From: Promethearchaeota archaeon
Lineage (GTDB): Archaea; Asgardarchaeota; Lokiarchaeia; Sigyniarchaeales; SOKP01
Reading direction: 5' to 3'
DNA length: 11,079 nt
Assembly: GCA_016840085.1 (NCBI GenBank)
Contig: JAEOTA010000083.1
Location: 1 to 11,079 of the forward strand
Part shown: positions 1-7,698 of the stretch, one piece after another
Position numbering within the stretch: the first letter of the stretch is position 1
Layout: every line of letters starts with the position of its first letter
Notes under the pieces: generated by a model
The model's input: only the letters and a program-made list of their open reading frames with translations
Told to the model about the DNA's origin: nothing
The model's database searches: none
Translations under genes and position numbers: made by a program

Positions 1-1
1 A

Positions 2-484
2 AAGTATCTTAAGGATGGTCAAGAAACCACTAAAAAATTCTTTGACGTTATTGAAATATTAAAACATAAATTAGGCCCTGTTTTATTCCAACTTCCTCCA
101 AATTGGCACCTTAATCTTGAAAGGCTAGAAGAATTTGTTGAAATTCTTCCAAAACAATACTTTTTTGCCTTTGAAATGCGGAATCCAGGTTGGTACGTCC
201 AAGACGTTATTGATTTATTTAATAAATTTAATATTGCTTTATGTATTCATGATTTCACGGGGGATTTATTATTAGAGAAGATTACTGCAAATTTTATTTA
301 TATAAGATTTCACGGACCAGTAGGTCATTATTATGGAAAATATTCATCTGATCATCTCAATCTATGGGCTGAGAAAATTAATACATGGTTAAAACAAAAG
401 ATCAAAATTTTTGCTTACTTTAATAATGACGCTCACGGTTGGGCCGTAGAAAATGCCTTAGAACTAAAAAATCGTATAACTTAA
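2..484 (+). CDS. DUF72 (YecE-like) family protein, 5'-truncated by the window edge
   Basis: The frame is open from nt 2 (KYLKDGQ...), well upstream of the ORF-track ATG at 176. It carries typical DUF72 motifs: KLGPVLFQLPP, FAFEMRNPGW, FIYIRFHG, YFNNDAHGWAVENA. Stop TAA at 482-484. Confidence 0.93.
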   Translation, partial: KYLKDGQETTKKFFDVIEILKHKLGPVLFQLPPNWHLNLERLEEFVEILPKQYFFAFEMRNPGWYVQDVIDLFNKFNIALCIHDFTGDLLLEKITANFIYIRFHGPVGHYYGKYSSDHLNLWAEKINTWLKQKIKIFAYFNNDAHGWAVENALELKNRIT

Positions 485-495
485 GGAACATATAA

Positions 496-827
496 CCAAC
501 AATAGTTAAGACTTTTGTCATTTTCCTGATCATTCCCTTCACTATCAACTTGATAGGATATATTACGGAAAAGGAAGAAAATTAAAATTATAATATCTCT
601 CGTAATTATCCTATTCTATCTCTTCTTGGAATTCTTATTAGATCACATCCTCTTAGTTCCATTCAGAGAAATACTCGCACTTCATATGCCCCTACATTAT
701 TGTATTTTATGCTGCCGCTTTTAGCATGCTAGGCGTGATTTTCGATAAAAATAGGAAAATGGGATTTGTGGTGCTGGCAACATTCGGGATATTGATAGGA
801 TGTTTGATTTACATGTATTTGGGTTAA
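496..827 (+). pseudogene. Degraded small multi-pass membrane protein gene (no start, two apparent +1 frameshifts)
   Basis: Three hydrophobic segments in different frames join into one plausible protein. These are PTIVKTFVIFLIIPFTINLIGYITEKEEN (496-582), then a shift near 583 to KIIISLVIILFYLFLEFLLDHILLVPFREILALHMP, then an extra C in the CCCC run at 689-692 to YIIVFYAAAFSMLGVIFDKNRKMGFVVLATFGILIGCLIYMYLG* (TAA 825-827). Confidence 0.7.
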
Positions 828-956
828 ACACTCCGAAGATCAAGATGAAATTTCCGCTTTTAAAAAAATTTAACTGAGATGTTAAAAAGAAATGTATCTG
901 ATTTTCATTAAGTTAGGAGGTATTCCTAATTGGAATTTGAATAGAGCTAGTTTATT

Positions 957-1919
957 CTATAAATTGAAATAAGGTTTAAATATCTTTCTCATCCAACTGA
1001 AATCAAATGTGAGAAGGGAATGAGTTACACATTGATTATTATCAAAATTTGTCTCAAATTTAAAACGGATTTCTATAATGCCAGTCTTTTCAACTCTATG
1101 ATACCCTTTCGGAATTTTGGGTAAAACAAATCCCTTTAAATTTGTGATTTTTATTATATCATTATAGTTAAATTGGATGTAAGTTAATATACCTTCTAAA
1201 ACTTTCTGAATTCTTTGATTAAATTCTAGTGGTGTTATCCCAAATTTATTTTTGATCATCCCAAAATATTCACGTTTCTTTCTTAAAGATCCTTTTTGAT
1301 AAGTTTCCAGTGTATACCATTTATTTGCTGCTAATAAAAACCGCTTTTGTATAAAATATTCTAAAAAATTATTTAATATTAAATTAAAACTAATTGGAAT
1401 ATTAAGACACTGAAAGCTATTTGGAAATTGATTATTTTTTAATATACTTACTAGCTCATATTGTATTTGATTATTATCCAGTAATTTCGGTTGTTTTGAA
1501 ATATATGAAGTAATTAGTGATTCTAGATCAATTTTAAAATTACTATCAATAATTATTGTGATATATTCTGAATCAATATTGAATAGATTAGATAAATGGA
1601 AAATAAAAAAATCATCAAGCCTTATAAAATATTTTTGATCTAAAGCTAAATTCTTTAGAGATTTTTGATCATTTATTTGAACAGAAAATAATTTACTAGG
1701 AATTTGTATAGGATTTTTCAAATATTGATGTAAAAGATTATTTAGAAAATCTTCTTCATCCATAAAACTACTTAAAGTTCTCAATCTATATTGTAAAGTT
1801 ATAATTTCAGTTTTTCCATTATATTGAAGAAAAACAGGTGTAAAGATTTTTTCATATTCACTAAATTGTTGGATTAATTGAGAAACCTTTTCCAACGACT
1901 GTTCTTTTATAATACTTAT
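957..1919 (-). CDS. Hypothetical protein (312 aa from TTG 1895; 320 aa if started at ATA 1919)
   Basis: Long ORF directly downstream of and co-oriented with the tandem-wHTH gene. SD GGTGA at 1930-1926 lies 6 nt before an in-frame ATA at 1919. No recognisable family motif. Confidence 0.75.
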   Translation of the reverse strand: MSIIKEQSLEKVSQLIQQFSEYEKIFTPVFLQYNGKTEIITLQYRLRTLSSFMDEEDFLNNLLHQYLKNPIQIPSKLFSVQINDQKSLKNLALDQKYFIRLDDFFIFHLSNLFNIDSEYITIIIDSNFKIDLESLITSYISKQPKLLDNNQIQYELVSILKNNQFPNSFQCLNIPISFNLILNNFLEYFIQKRFLLAANKWYTLETYQKGSLRKKREYFGMIKNKFGITPLEFNQRIQKVLEGILTYIQFNYNDIIKITNLKGFVLPKIPKGYHRVEKTGIIEIRFKFETNFDNNQCVTHSLLTFDFSWMRKIFKPYFNL

Positions 1920-1925
1920 TAAAAA

Positions 1926-1931
1926 TCACCT
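1926..1931 (-). promoter_or_regulatory. Shine-Dalgarno (AGGTGA) for the 312/320-aa gene
   Basis: The minus strand reads TGA-aaat-AGGTGA-ttttta-ATA-agt-att right after the upstream stop codon. Confidence 0.6.
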
Positions 1932-1935
1932 ATTT

Positions 1936-3393
1936 TCATGTTTGCGCAATCATGAGCGATTGATCATATAAATAATTTAGATTTCCTTCGTAATTTTCAC
2001 TAATCTCGATTCTTGTACTTACTTCATTTGAATAGTACTCATTTTTAATTGCATCAAAATATGGAATCCTAAACTGAAAGTAAAAAGTTCCTTTAGCATC
2101 TAATCTAAATTCTCCAATGAAATTATCTTGTTTTATCCCTGGTGGAATTTCTTGTTTTAAATCAATTGGATCTCTTTTTTTAGTTACAATTTCTACTTTT
2201 TGGTTATTTTCATCTAAAACCTTAAATTCTATTCCAGGAATTTCTATTTGAAATCCTTTTAATACTGAAATTTTGATTTCAAAATATCCACTACTCGAAG
2301 TTAATTGTTTGTTTTTAACATCTAATTTTACAATAGGCTTTATTATTTCAACTTTTAACTGTTTTCGATGTATCTCTTTAAAATTATTATTATATGCAAT
2401 GATTTCAATTCTTTCAATTTTAATTGGTTTGTTCCCTTCCGGAATTATTGAATAAAACTCAAATGGAATATAATTGATGTTTTTTTCTAAGATGTCAAGA
2501 GAATAGATATCTTGAGTCTCCTTAATATCATATTGAATATTCAAAAAGTTTCTAATTTTTAAATTGTTAGATACTTTTAATTCAATTTTAACAATTTCTT
2601 TTGAAAAAATTTTAATCCATCCCAAAATATTTTCATTTGGAAGTGCCCATGTTCCACAACCAGCTTCGAATATAGATTCGGAAATTTCAGTAATTTTCTC
2701 TGGCTTAATTTCCTTGAATTCAATAATATTTCTATAATAATTATTATAACTTTGAGTTAATTTAGTAATAATTTTCTTACCATAATTGGTCATTTCATAG
2801 AAAGAATACTCATTAGTAGTCTCATTCTTTCTTAAAAAGTTTTGAATTAAACCGCAAAATTCTAGCTTTTTTAAATGATTAGTAATTAAACTTTTCTCCT
2901 TATTTGTAACCCTTACAATATCAGAAAAGGATAATGATCCTTTATCCATTAATAATAGAACTAATGCATATCTAAATTTATTGGATATACCTTTTAATAG
3001 AGCTTCAAAATCTTTTGGAATTTTCTCCTTATAATCAAATTGGATGATGTTCAGATTATTGGCAGTTTTTTCATAGTAATTGTTATAACTTTTTATTAAA
3101 TCAGAAATTATAGCTTTTCCATAACTAGTTATTTCATAAAATGAAAATTCTTTAGATTCTTTAACTTTTTTTAAATAGTGTTGTACAATTCCAGCTAATT
3201 CTAATTTTCTTATATGATTAAGAACTGTACTGTTTGACTTATTTACATATTTGACTATTTTTGAGAGAGATAAACTTCCTTTTTCCATTAATAACAAAGA
3301 TAATTTAAATCTGAATTTATTACCCAAGCTTTTAATTAAAAATTTAAAATCTTTCGGAATTTTATCGTAATACTTATCTTTAAATTCAGTCAT
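1936..3393 (-). CDS. Tandem ArsR-like winged-helix protein with a beta-rich (Ig-like?) C-terminal region
   Basis: Two gapless 97-aa repeats (aa 11-107 and 124-220) show ArsR/wHTH patterning: LGNKFRFKLSLLLMEKGSLSLSKIV...STVLNHIRKLELAGIV...FYEITSYGK. The C-terminal ~245 aa have alternating hydrophobic, strand-like patterns. Confidence 0.85.
   Translation of the reverse strand: MTEFKDKYYDKIPKDFKFLIKSLGNKFRFKLSLLLMEKGSLSLSKIVKYVNKSNSTVLNHIRKLELAGIVQHYLKKVKESKEFSFYEITSYGKAIISDLIKSYNNYYEKTANNLNIIQFDYKEKIPKDFEALLKGISNKFRYALVLLLMDKGSLSFSDIVRVTNKEKSLITNHLKKLEFCGLIQNFLRKNETTNEYSFYEMTNYGKKIITKLTQSYNNYYRNIIEFKEIKPEKITEISESIFEAGCGTWALPNENILGWIKIFSKEIVKIELKVSNNLKIRNFLNIQYDIKETQDIYSLDILEKNINYIPFEFYSIIPEGNKPIKIERIEIIAYNNNFKEIHRKQLKVEIIKPIVKLDVKNKQLTSSSGYFEIKISVLKGFQIEIPGIEFKVLDENNQKVEIVTKKRDPIDLKQEIPPGIKQDNFIGEFRLDAKGTFYFQFRIPYFDAIKNEYYSNEVSTRIEISENYEGNLNYLYDQSLMIAQT
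2734..3363 (-). repeat. Intragenic duplication of the wHTH domain (3363-3073 and 3024-2734)
   Basis: Manual gapless alignment gives 55/97 identical residues; both copies run KIPKDF...SYNNYY. Confidence 0.95.
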
Positions 3394-3410
3394 TTTTAAT
3401 CATTTTTTAG

Positions 3411-3455
3411 ATACTAGTATAAAAAAATTTATCTAGATATATAAAAATTTACCTT
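3411..3455 (-). promoter_or_regulatory. Putative archaeal promoter (TATA box TTTATATA at ~3445-3438) followed by two CTAG-cored palindromes
   Basis: The minus strand reads aaggtaaattTTTATATAtctagata, about 45 nt before ATG 3393. The palindromes are TATCTAGATA (3430-3439) and ATACTAGTAT (3411-3420). The AT-rich background lowers significance. Confidence 0.45.
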
Positions 3456-3464
3456 AATTAATAT

Positions 3465-3962
3465 TTAACTTTTTCGTAAAATGTTGATTAAATTTTGTTT
3501 TATGAAAATAATGATTTTTTGATAAATTTCTATGTAATAATGAAAATAAAACACCTTTAATTCGTGTTTTTTTAATAGAGCTTTTAACATAAATGCATCA
3601 ACATTTCTGGATAATAAAACTAATGATGTTGCTTTTTTTTCTAAGAAGTAATTTGAATGTATTAAGTTTGACAATTCTATTGAGGCAGAAACATCATTAT
3701 TAGAAAAAAATATAAAAATATTGAAATCCGCTTTTTGCATTTCTTTATTAATTTCATTAAGAACATAAATCTCTCTTTCTTCAATTGGAGTATCCTCAGG
3801 TATTTTAATAATTTCATTTGCTAAAAAAGTATGAATAAATCCCTCGTTTCTTAATTTCTCAATTAAATTTTCCAAATAGGGTTTATTTTTTGGATGATAA
3901 GAACCAAATACAAGAACGTAAATTTTGTCATAAAAAGTGCTAATATCAATGAATTTTGTCAT
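3465..3962 (-). CDS. Nucleoside 2-deoxyribosyltransferase-like / TIR-like (flavodoxin-type alpha/beta fold) protein
   Basis: The pattern is strand 1 IYVLVFGSY, helix LENLIEKLRNEGF, strand TFLA, helix ...EMQKADFNIFIF, then DVSASIELS. This matches the 'AD-hhhh...G/S-x-x-x-E-L' layout of NDT/TIR-like enzymes, with a candidate catalytic Glu. Confidence 0.6.
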   Translation of the reverse strand: MTKFIDISTFYDKIYVLVFGSYHPKNKPYLENLIEKLRNEGFIHTFLANEIIKIPEDTPIEEREIYVLNEINKEMQKADFNIFIFFSNNDVSASIELSNLIHSNYFLEKKATSLVLLSRNVDAFMLKALLKKHELKVFYFHYYIEIYQKIIIFIKQNLINILRKS

Positions 3963-4115
3963 TTGGCAATTTTTGCATTAAATTTCTTACCTACTTATAT
4001 TAAATTATTTCTAATTAATTTAACTAAAAAAGAGTTAATAGTGTTCTAATTTATTAATTATTTTAAGTAATTTTTTTTAAATTGCTATTTGAAAGAAATC
4101 CAAATTATTTGTTGT

Positions 4116-6362
4116 TTATTGAAAATATATTGTCTTTGTAGTTTTTTTTACTGAATAATCATTTCCTATATCTAAAGCGATAGTCCAAATATCATCATCA
4201 AGTTCTTTACTTTTTTCTAAATTTAATTCTTCTCTTATTGCTTTGGTTGTATAATGATAAGTGATTTGTTTATTAGTTTTACTTTTATCAATGATATAAT
4301 TTTTAACTGCTAGCTTTATTTTTTCAACACCTACTTCTAATAGCACTTTTTTCTTAGTAATGAGTTCTTCAGTATCATCAGATACTTGACTTTTTGTAGA
4401 GATAGGTTCTTTTTGAGAAATCATAAAATCCGTAATTTCTTTTTCCTCTTTTGGAATTTTAATTTCTTTTGTTAATTTAGAGAGAACTGATAATCGTGTT
4501 TTGAATGTCAGCGGGGATAAGTTGATTTTATTTAAAAGACCCTCCGCTTCTTCAATTGAGGGATTATTTTCAAATATCTCTTTAAAATAGGTTATAAAAG
4601 ATAGGTAACCTACCTCTGTATCATCTAATGGACTAACCCGTCCAATATATTCTTTCAAACCTTCGGATATAGCATATCTATATTTTAAATCCAATTCAAC
4701 GTTAGTTATCCACGTAACATAATCTAATGCATTTTCTTCCAGTAATTTATAAGTTTTTTCTATGTCCATTTTTGTAACTTTGTTAGATTTCCTATAAACT
4801 TTAACTTCAATACCAAGATTTTTCACAAATTCAGCCCCTAAATTCCCAAAAAATTCTAGAAATACATCAGGTTTCTTTCCCGATTTACCCAACGGGGGCT
4901 CATGTTTAACATCAGTTAGATAATCATAATCTGAGTGATTTTTGAGGACCTCAAAAAAATCACATAGTGCTAATTCTACTTTGGTAGATCTTACCTTGTC
5001 CTGAATACTAGGATCTAATAATTTTTTTGTAAATTCTTTTTGTTCGGTGATTGTTAGTAGAATATCTTCTCTTTGTCTGAAAGCTTTAAATGCTTTAAAA
5101 AAAGTATTAACATGTTCTAACTTTTTATTCTTCTTGTAGTGTTCAATAAGCTCATAAAGATTTTTCAAGGTCTTTCGAAGATCTAATCCGCTATCCTCAT
5201 ATAAATATTTAATACTATTCTTTCCAAAAGGAAAAAGGGAATTGTCTGGAGAAGGTTGATAATTAAACTTAGACCAAAAATTAAATAAATATTTATTGAT
5301 TATATCTATAATGTAATTGGGCTCTAAGTTTGTTAAAGCTATTATTTTGGACCAATTATTTAACTGTAATTCCTGATCTTCTTGAAGGATCTCATCAAAT
5401 GCACCGAATGCATCTAGGGTCCCAGATAATATAATCGTAAGATACTTTTTCTGTCGTAAATTTAATAACAATGAAAATAGATTCTTGTAAACATCTTCTT
5501 GGTGTTCAGAGATTCCAGCTTCTAAATGATCGAATATTAATATGATTGTAGTCTTCTCATCGAAACACCATCTAATTAATTCGATTAATTCATCTATATA
5601 TTTTGAAGCATCATTATTAGTCTCCACGTTATAACCAGAATAATCATAACTTCCTTGAAAAGCTCTCATTGCATCAAATGTATTGGGATTTTGAATATGA
5701 GATTTCCAGAAAATCATTAAAAAATTTAAATCAACAGGAATTAATTCTTTTAATATTATAATATTACTCGTTAAGAGATCGATAAGTTTGTTGTAAAAAC
5801 TAGGGTTATCAATTCTTTTCCTTATAAAACTTAGATTAACAGAAAGACTATTAATCTCTTCTCCAGCAAATTTTTTTGAAAGCTCGTTATAAAGATTTCC
5901 TCCTTTTTCAACTAGGATATTGATAAATTTTCTTATTGAGTTCAAGAGGATATCAACACAAATACCAGATCTTTCAAGATTGGATACGAATTGACGATAT
6001 AATGCACGCATCTCATAGTCTTCTGGTTGAGAACTAGTTTCAAGATATGTAATTGGTATTTGATATGCTTCCGAAATTTCATTTACTGTCCAACAAATTA
6101 ATGTTGATTTACCAATCCCTTGTTTACCTATTACCCGTATTAATTTAGGCTGTTTGTAATGAATACTATCTCTGATTTCATATTTTATTTCTTCAATATA
6201 CTTATCTCGTCCATAACAAAAAGAAGGAGGATTATTGTAGAAATTTGTCGCAATTGGGGGTTTAGGAAAAGGATTTTCATTTTCAGGATTTAATAAAATT
6301 TCACTACATTTTTTAAGCCAATCCCATTCATCTTTATTTGAGAAGAAATGCATATTATACAA
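4116..6362 (-). CDS. AAA+/P-loop ATPase fused to a PD-(D/E)xK nuclease-like domain and a probable C-terminal wHTH
   Basis: N-terminal NPF...YGRDKYIEEI; Walker A GKQGIGKST (6128-6102); Walker B IILIFDHLE (~5546-5520); lid segment LFPFGKNSIKYLYEDSGLDLRKTL. The nuclease-like core is VELALCDFF...KKPDVFLEF...LGIEVK (~4980-4800). Start is TTG 6362 or ATG 6353. Confidence 0.85.
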   Translation of the reverse strand: MYNMHFFSNKDEWDWLKKCSEILLNPENENPFPKPPIATNFYNNPPSFCYGRDKYIEEIKYEIRDSIHYKQPKLIRVIGKQGIGKSTLICWTVNEISEAYQIPITYLETSSQPEDYEMRALYRQFVSNLERSGICVDILLNSIRKFINILVEKGGNLYNELSKKFAGEEINSLSVNLSFIRKRIDNPSFYNKLIDLLTSNIIILKELIPVDLNFLMIFWKSHIQNPNTFDAMRAFQGSYDYSGYNVETNNDASKYIDELIELIRWCFDEKTTIILIFDHLEAGISEHQEDVYKNLFSLLLNLRQKKYLTIILSGTLDAFGAFDEILQEDQELQLNNWSKIIALTNLEPNYIIDIINKYLFNFWSKFNYQPSPDNSLFPFGKNSIKYLYEDSGLDLRKTLKNLYELIEHYKKNKKLEHVNTFFKAFKAFRQREDILLTITEQKEFTKKLLDPSIQDKVRSTKVELALCDFFEVLKNHSDYDYLTDVKHEPPLGKSGKKPDVFLEFFGNLGAEFVKNLGIEVKVYRKSNKVTKMDIEKTYKLLEENALDYVTWITNVELDLKYRYAISEGLKEYIGRVSPLDDTEVGYLSFITYFKEIFENNPSIEEAEGLLNKINLSPLTFKTRLSVLSKLTKEIKIPKEEKEITDFMISQKEPISTKSQVSDDTEELITKKKVLLEVGVEKIKLAVKNYIIDKSKTNKQITYHYTTKAIREELNLEKSKELDDDIWTIALDIGNDYSVKKTTKTIYFQ

Positions 6363-6382
6363 ATTTATAGTTAACCAAACAA

Positions 6383-6997
6383 TTATTTTAATTTAAACCA
6401 AACAAATTTTTTCCCATCTTGTACTAACGGGGCACCTCGGTCTCTTTTTCCAGGTTGTAATTCAACTTTATAATTTAAAAACAGTGAATATAAGTGTTTA
6501 TGAATTCTTTCGGTTGACCATGGAATAAAATTTTTGATTTTTTCAGTTAAATCAGAAATTAGAACAAATTCGCCAAATTTTTTATCTAATGAGTTATAAG
6601 ATAATTTCAATATTCGGAAAAAATGATCCTCCGAAATCTCTGATACCGATTCAGTATCAATGCCAATCTTATCTTCTAATTTCTTAAGTCTACGACTGAA
6701 ACCTTCTAATGTTCTATGAATATTTGTAATATCAGATTGAATTTCTCCGATAATACTATTATCAATCTTCAGTGATTCTGCTTTCTCAAAAATGATACCT
6801 CTTGAAGGCTTTTCTAATAAATTTTTTGCCCCCTTAATAAACTTTTCTGCTGTTTTTTCTCCAATACCCTTAATTCTTTTTAAATCACTAATAGTTGACT
6901 CAGCTAACTTCTGTACTGAATCAATATTAGCACTCCTTAGCAGTGATAGTTTCTTTTCACCAATACCATCAATATCTTCAAGAACTAAAGCTGGCAA
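6383..6997 (-). CDS. Helix-hairpin-helix / coiled-coil / winged-helix DNA-binding protein
   Basis: Two HhH motifs (LEDIDGIGEKK and LKRIKGIGEKTAEK), a heptad segment (IQSDITNIHRTLEGFSRRLKKLEDKI), and a C-terminal three-helix plus hairpin pattern (FFRILKLSY...VLISDLTEKI...VELQPG...KFVWFKL). TTG start with SD GAGGT 7 nt upstream. Confidence 0.85.
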   Translation of the reverse strand: MPALVLEDIDGIGEKKLSLLRSANIDSVQKLAESTISDLKRIKGIGEKTAEKFIKGAKNLLEKPSRGIIFEKAESLKIDNSIIGEIQSDITNIHRTLEGFSRRLKKLEDKIGIDTESVSEISEDHFFRILKLSYNSLDKKFGEFVLISDLTEKIKNFIPWSTERIHKHLYSLFLNYKVELQPGKRDRGAPLVQDGKKFVWFKLK

Positions 6998-7004
6998 AAA
7001 AAAT

Positions 7005-7009
7005 ACCTC
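7005..7009 (-). promoter_or_regulatory. Shine-Dalgarno (GAGGT) for the HhH gene
   Basis: The minus strand reads ttaGAGGTattttttTTGcca. Confidence 0.6.
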
Positions 7010-7221
7010 TAAATTTTTGTTTCTTAAATGGATATATTATCTTTACAAATTTAATTTTAATCACATTCCTTATTAGCTTTTTTATTTTAGAGAACTTTAT
7101 TATATCGTAAGAAATCTAAATCTAAAGTTAAAAATAGAAAAATTTAGACCCTTTTCTCAGATAATCTCAACAAGTCAATCTGAGATAACATTTTGGTATA
7201 ACTTTTTTATACTTATAAGGA

Positions 7222-7698
7222 TTAGTATCCTTGTACTAATTTGATTCCAAATTCTTTGCATTTTGGAAGTTCTTCATTTACTATAGGCCCTTTTGAAGCT
7301 CCTGTACCTTCAACTTTTATAGACAATCCTGGACTTGCTTTTGTTAAATCTGGCATCAATTCACTGATCTGTTTCTCCATCTTTTTAACTGCTTTTTCAA
7401 AATCAGCTGTTATGTAGGTATCAAATACAGCATAAGCATTTACCTTTAATTGAGATTTTGGAAGTTTATTGATAAATTTCTTTACCGAGCCTACATGCTT
7501 TCCAAAATGATTCGGAGATCCTATTAAAATTAAGTCATAGGAAGCTTCTTCTTTAAGGTTTACATCTTTTACATTATTAACTATTACTTCATTACCCTCA
7601 GTAGACGTGATTCCTTCTGCTATTAATTTGGCTACTTTTTCAGTATTTCCATACTTTGTAGCATACACTATTAGAACTTTCACTTTGATACACATCAT
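7222..7698 (-). CDS. Flavodoxin-domain (FMN-binding) protein
   Basis: KVLIVYATKYGNTEKVA is the FMN phosphate loop; YDLILIGSPNHFG and AVFDT are also present. The true start may be GTG at 7683 (MKVLIVY). Confidence 0.92.
   Translation of the reverse strand: MMCIKVKVLIVYATKYGNTEKVAKLIAEGITSTEGNEVIVNNVKDVNLKEEASYDLILIGSPNHFGKHVGSVKKFINKLPKSQLKVNAYAVFDTYITADFEKAVKKMEKQISELMPDLTKASPGLSIKVEGTGASKGPIVNEELPKCKEFGIKLVQGY

Noticed and set aside
176-484. ORF-track start at ATG 176 for the DUF72 gene
   Set aside because: The frame is open to the window edge and conserved DUF72 motifs lie upstream of 176, so this is an internal Met.
2273-2455. 60-aa plus-strand ORF
   Set aside because: Antisense shadow inside the 485-aa wHTH gene, with no motifs.
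4116-6362. ATPase as a genuine Orc1/Cdc6 replication initiator
   Set aside because: It is much longer, has a large insertion between the Walker motifs, a DHLE Walker B and an internal nuclease-like domain; only fold-level similarity is supportable.
6792-7076. 94-aa plus-strand ORF
   Set aside because: Mostly antisense to the HhH gene; its SPIP repeats simply mirror the GIGE codons.
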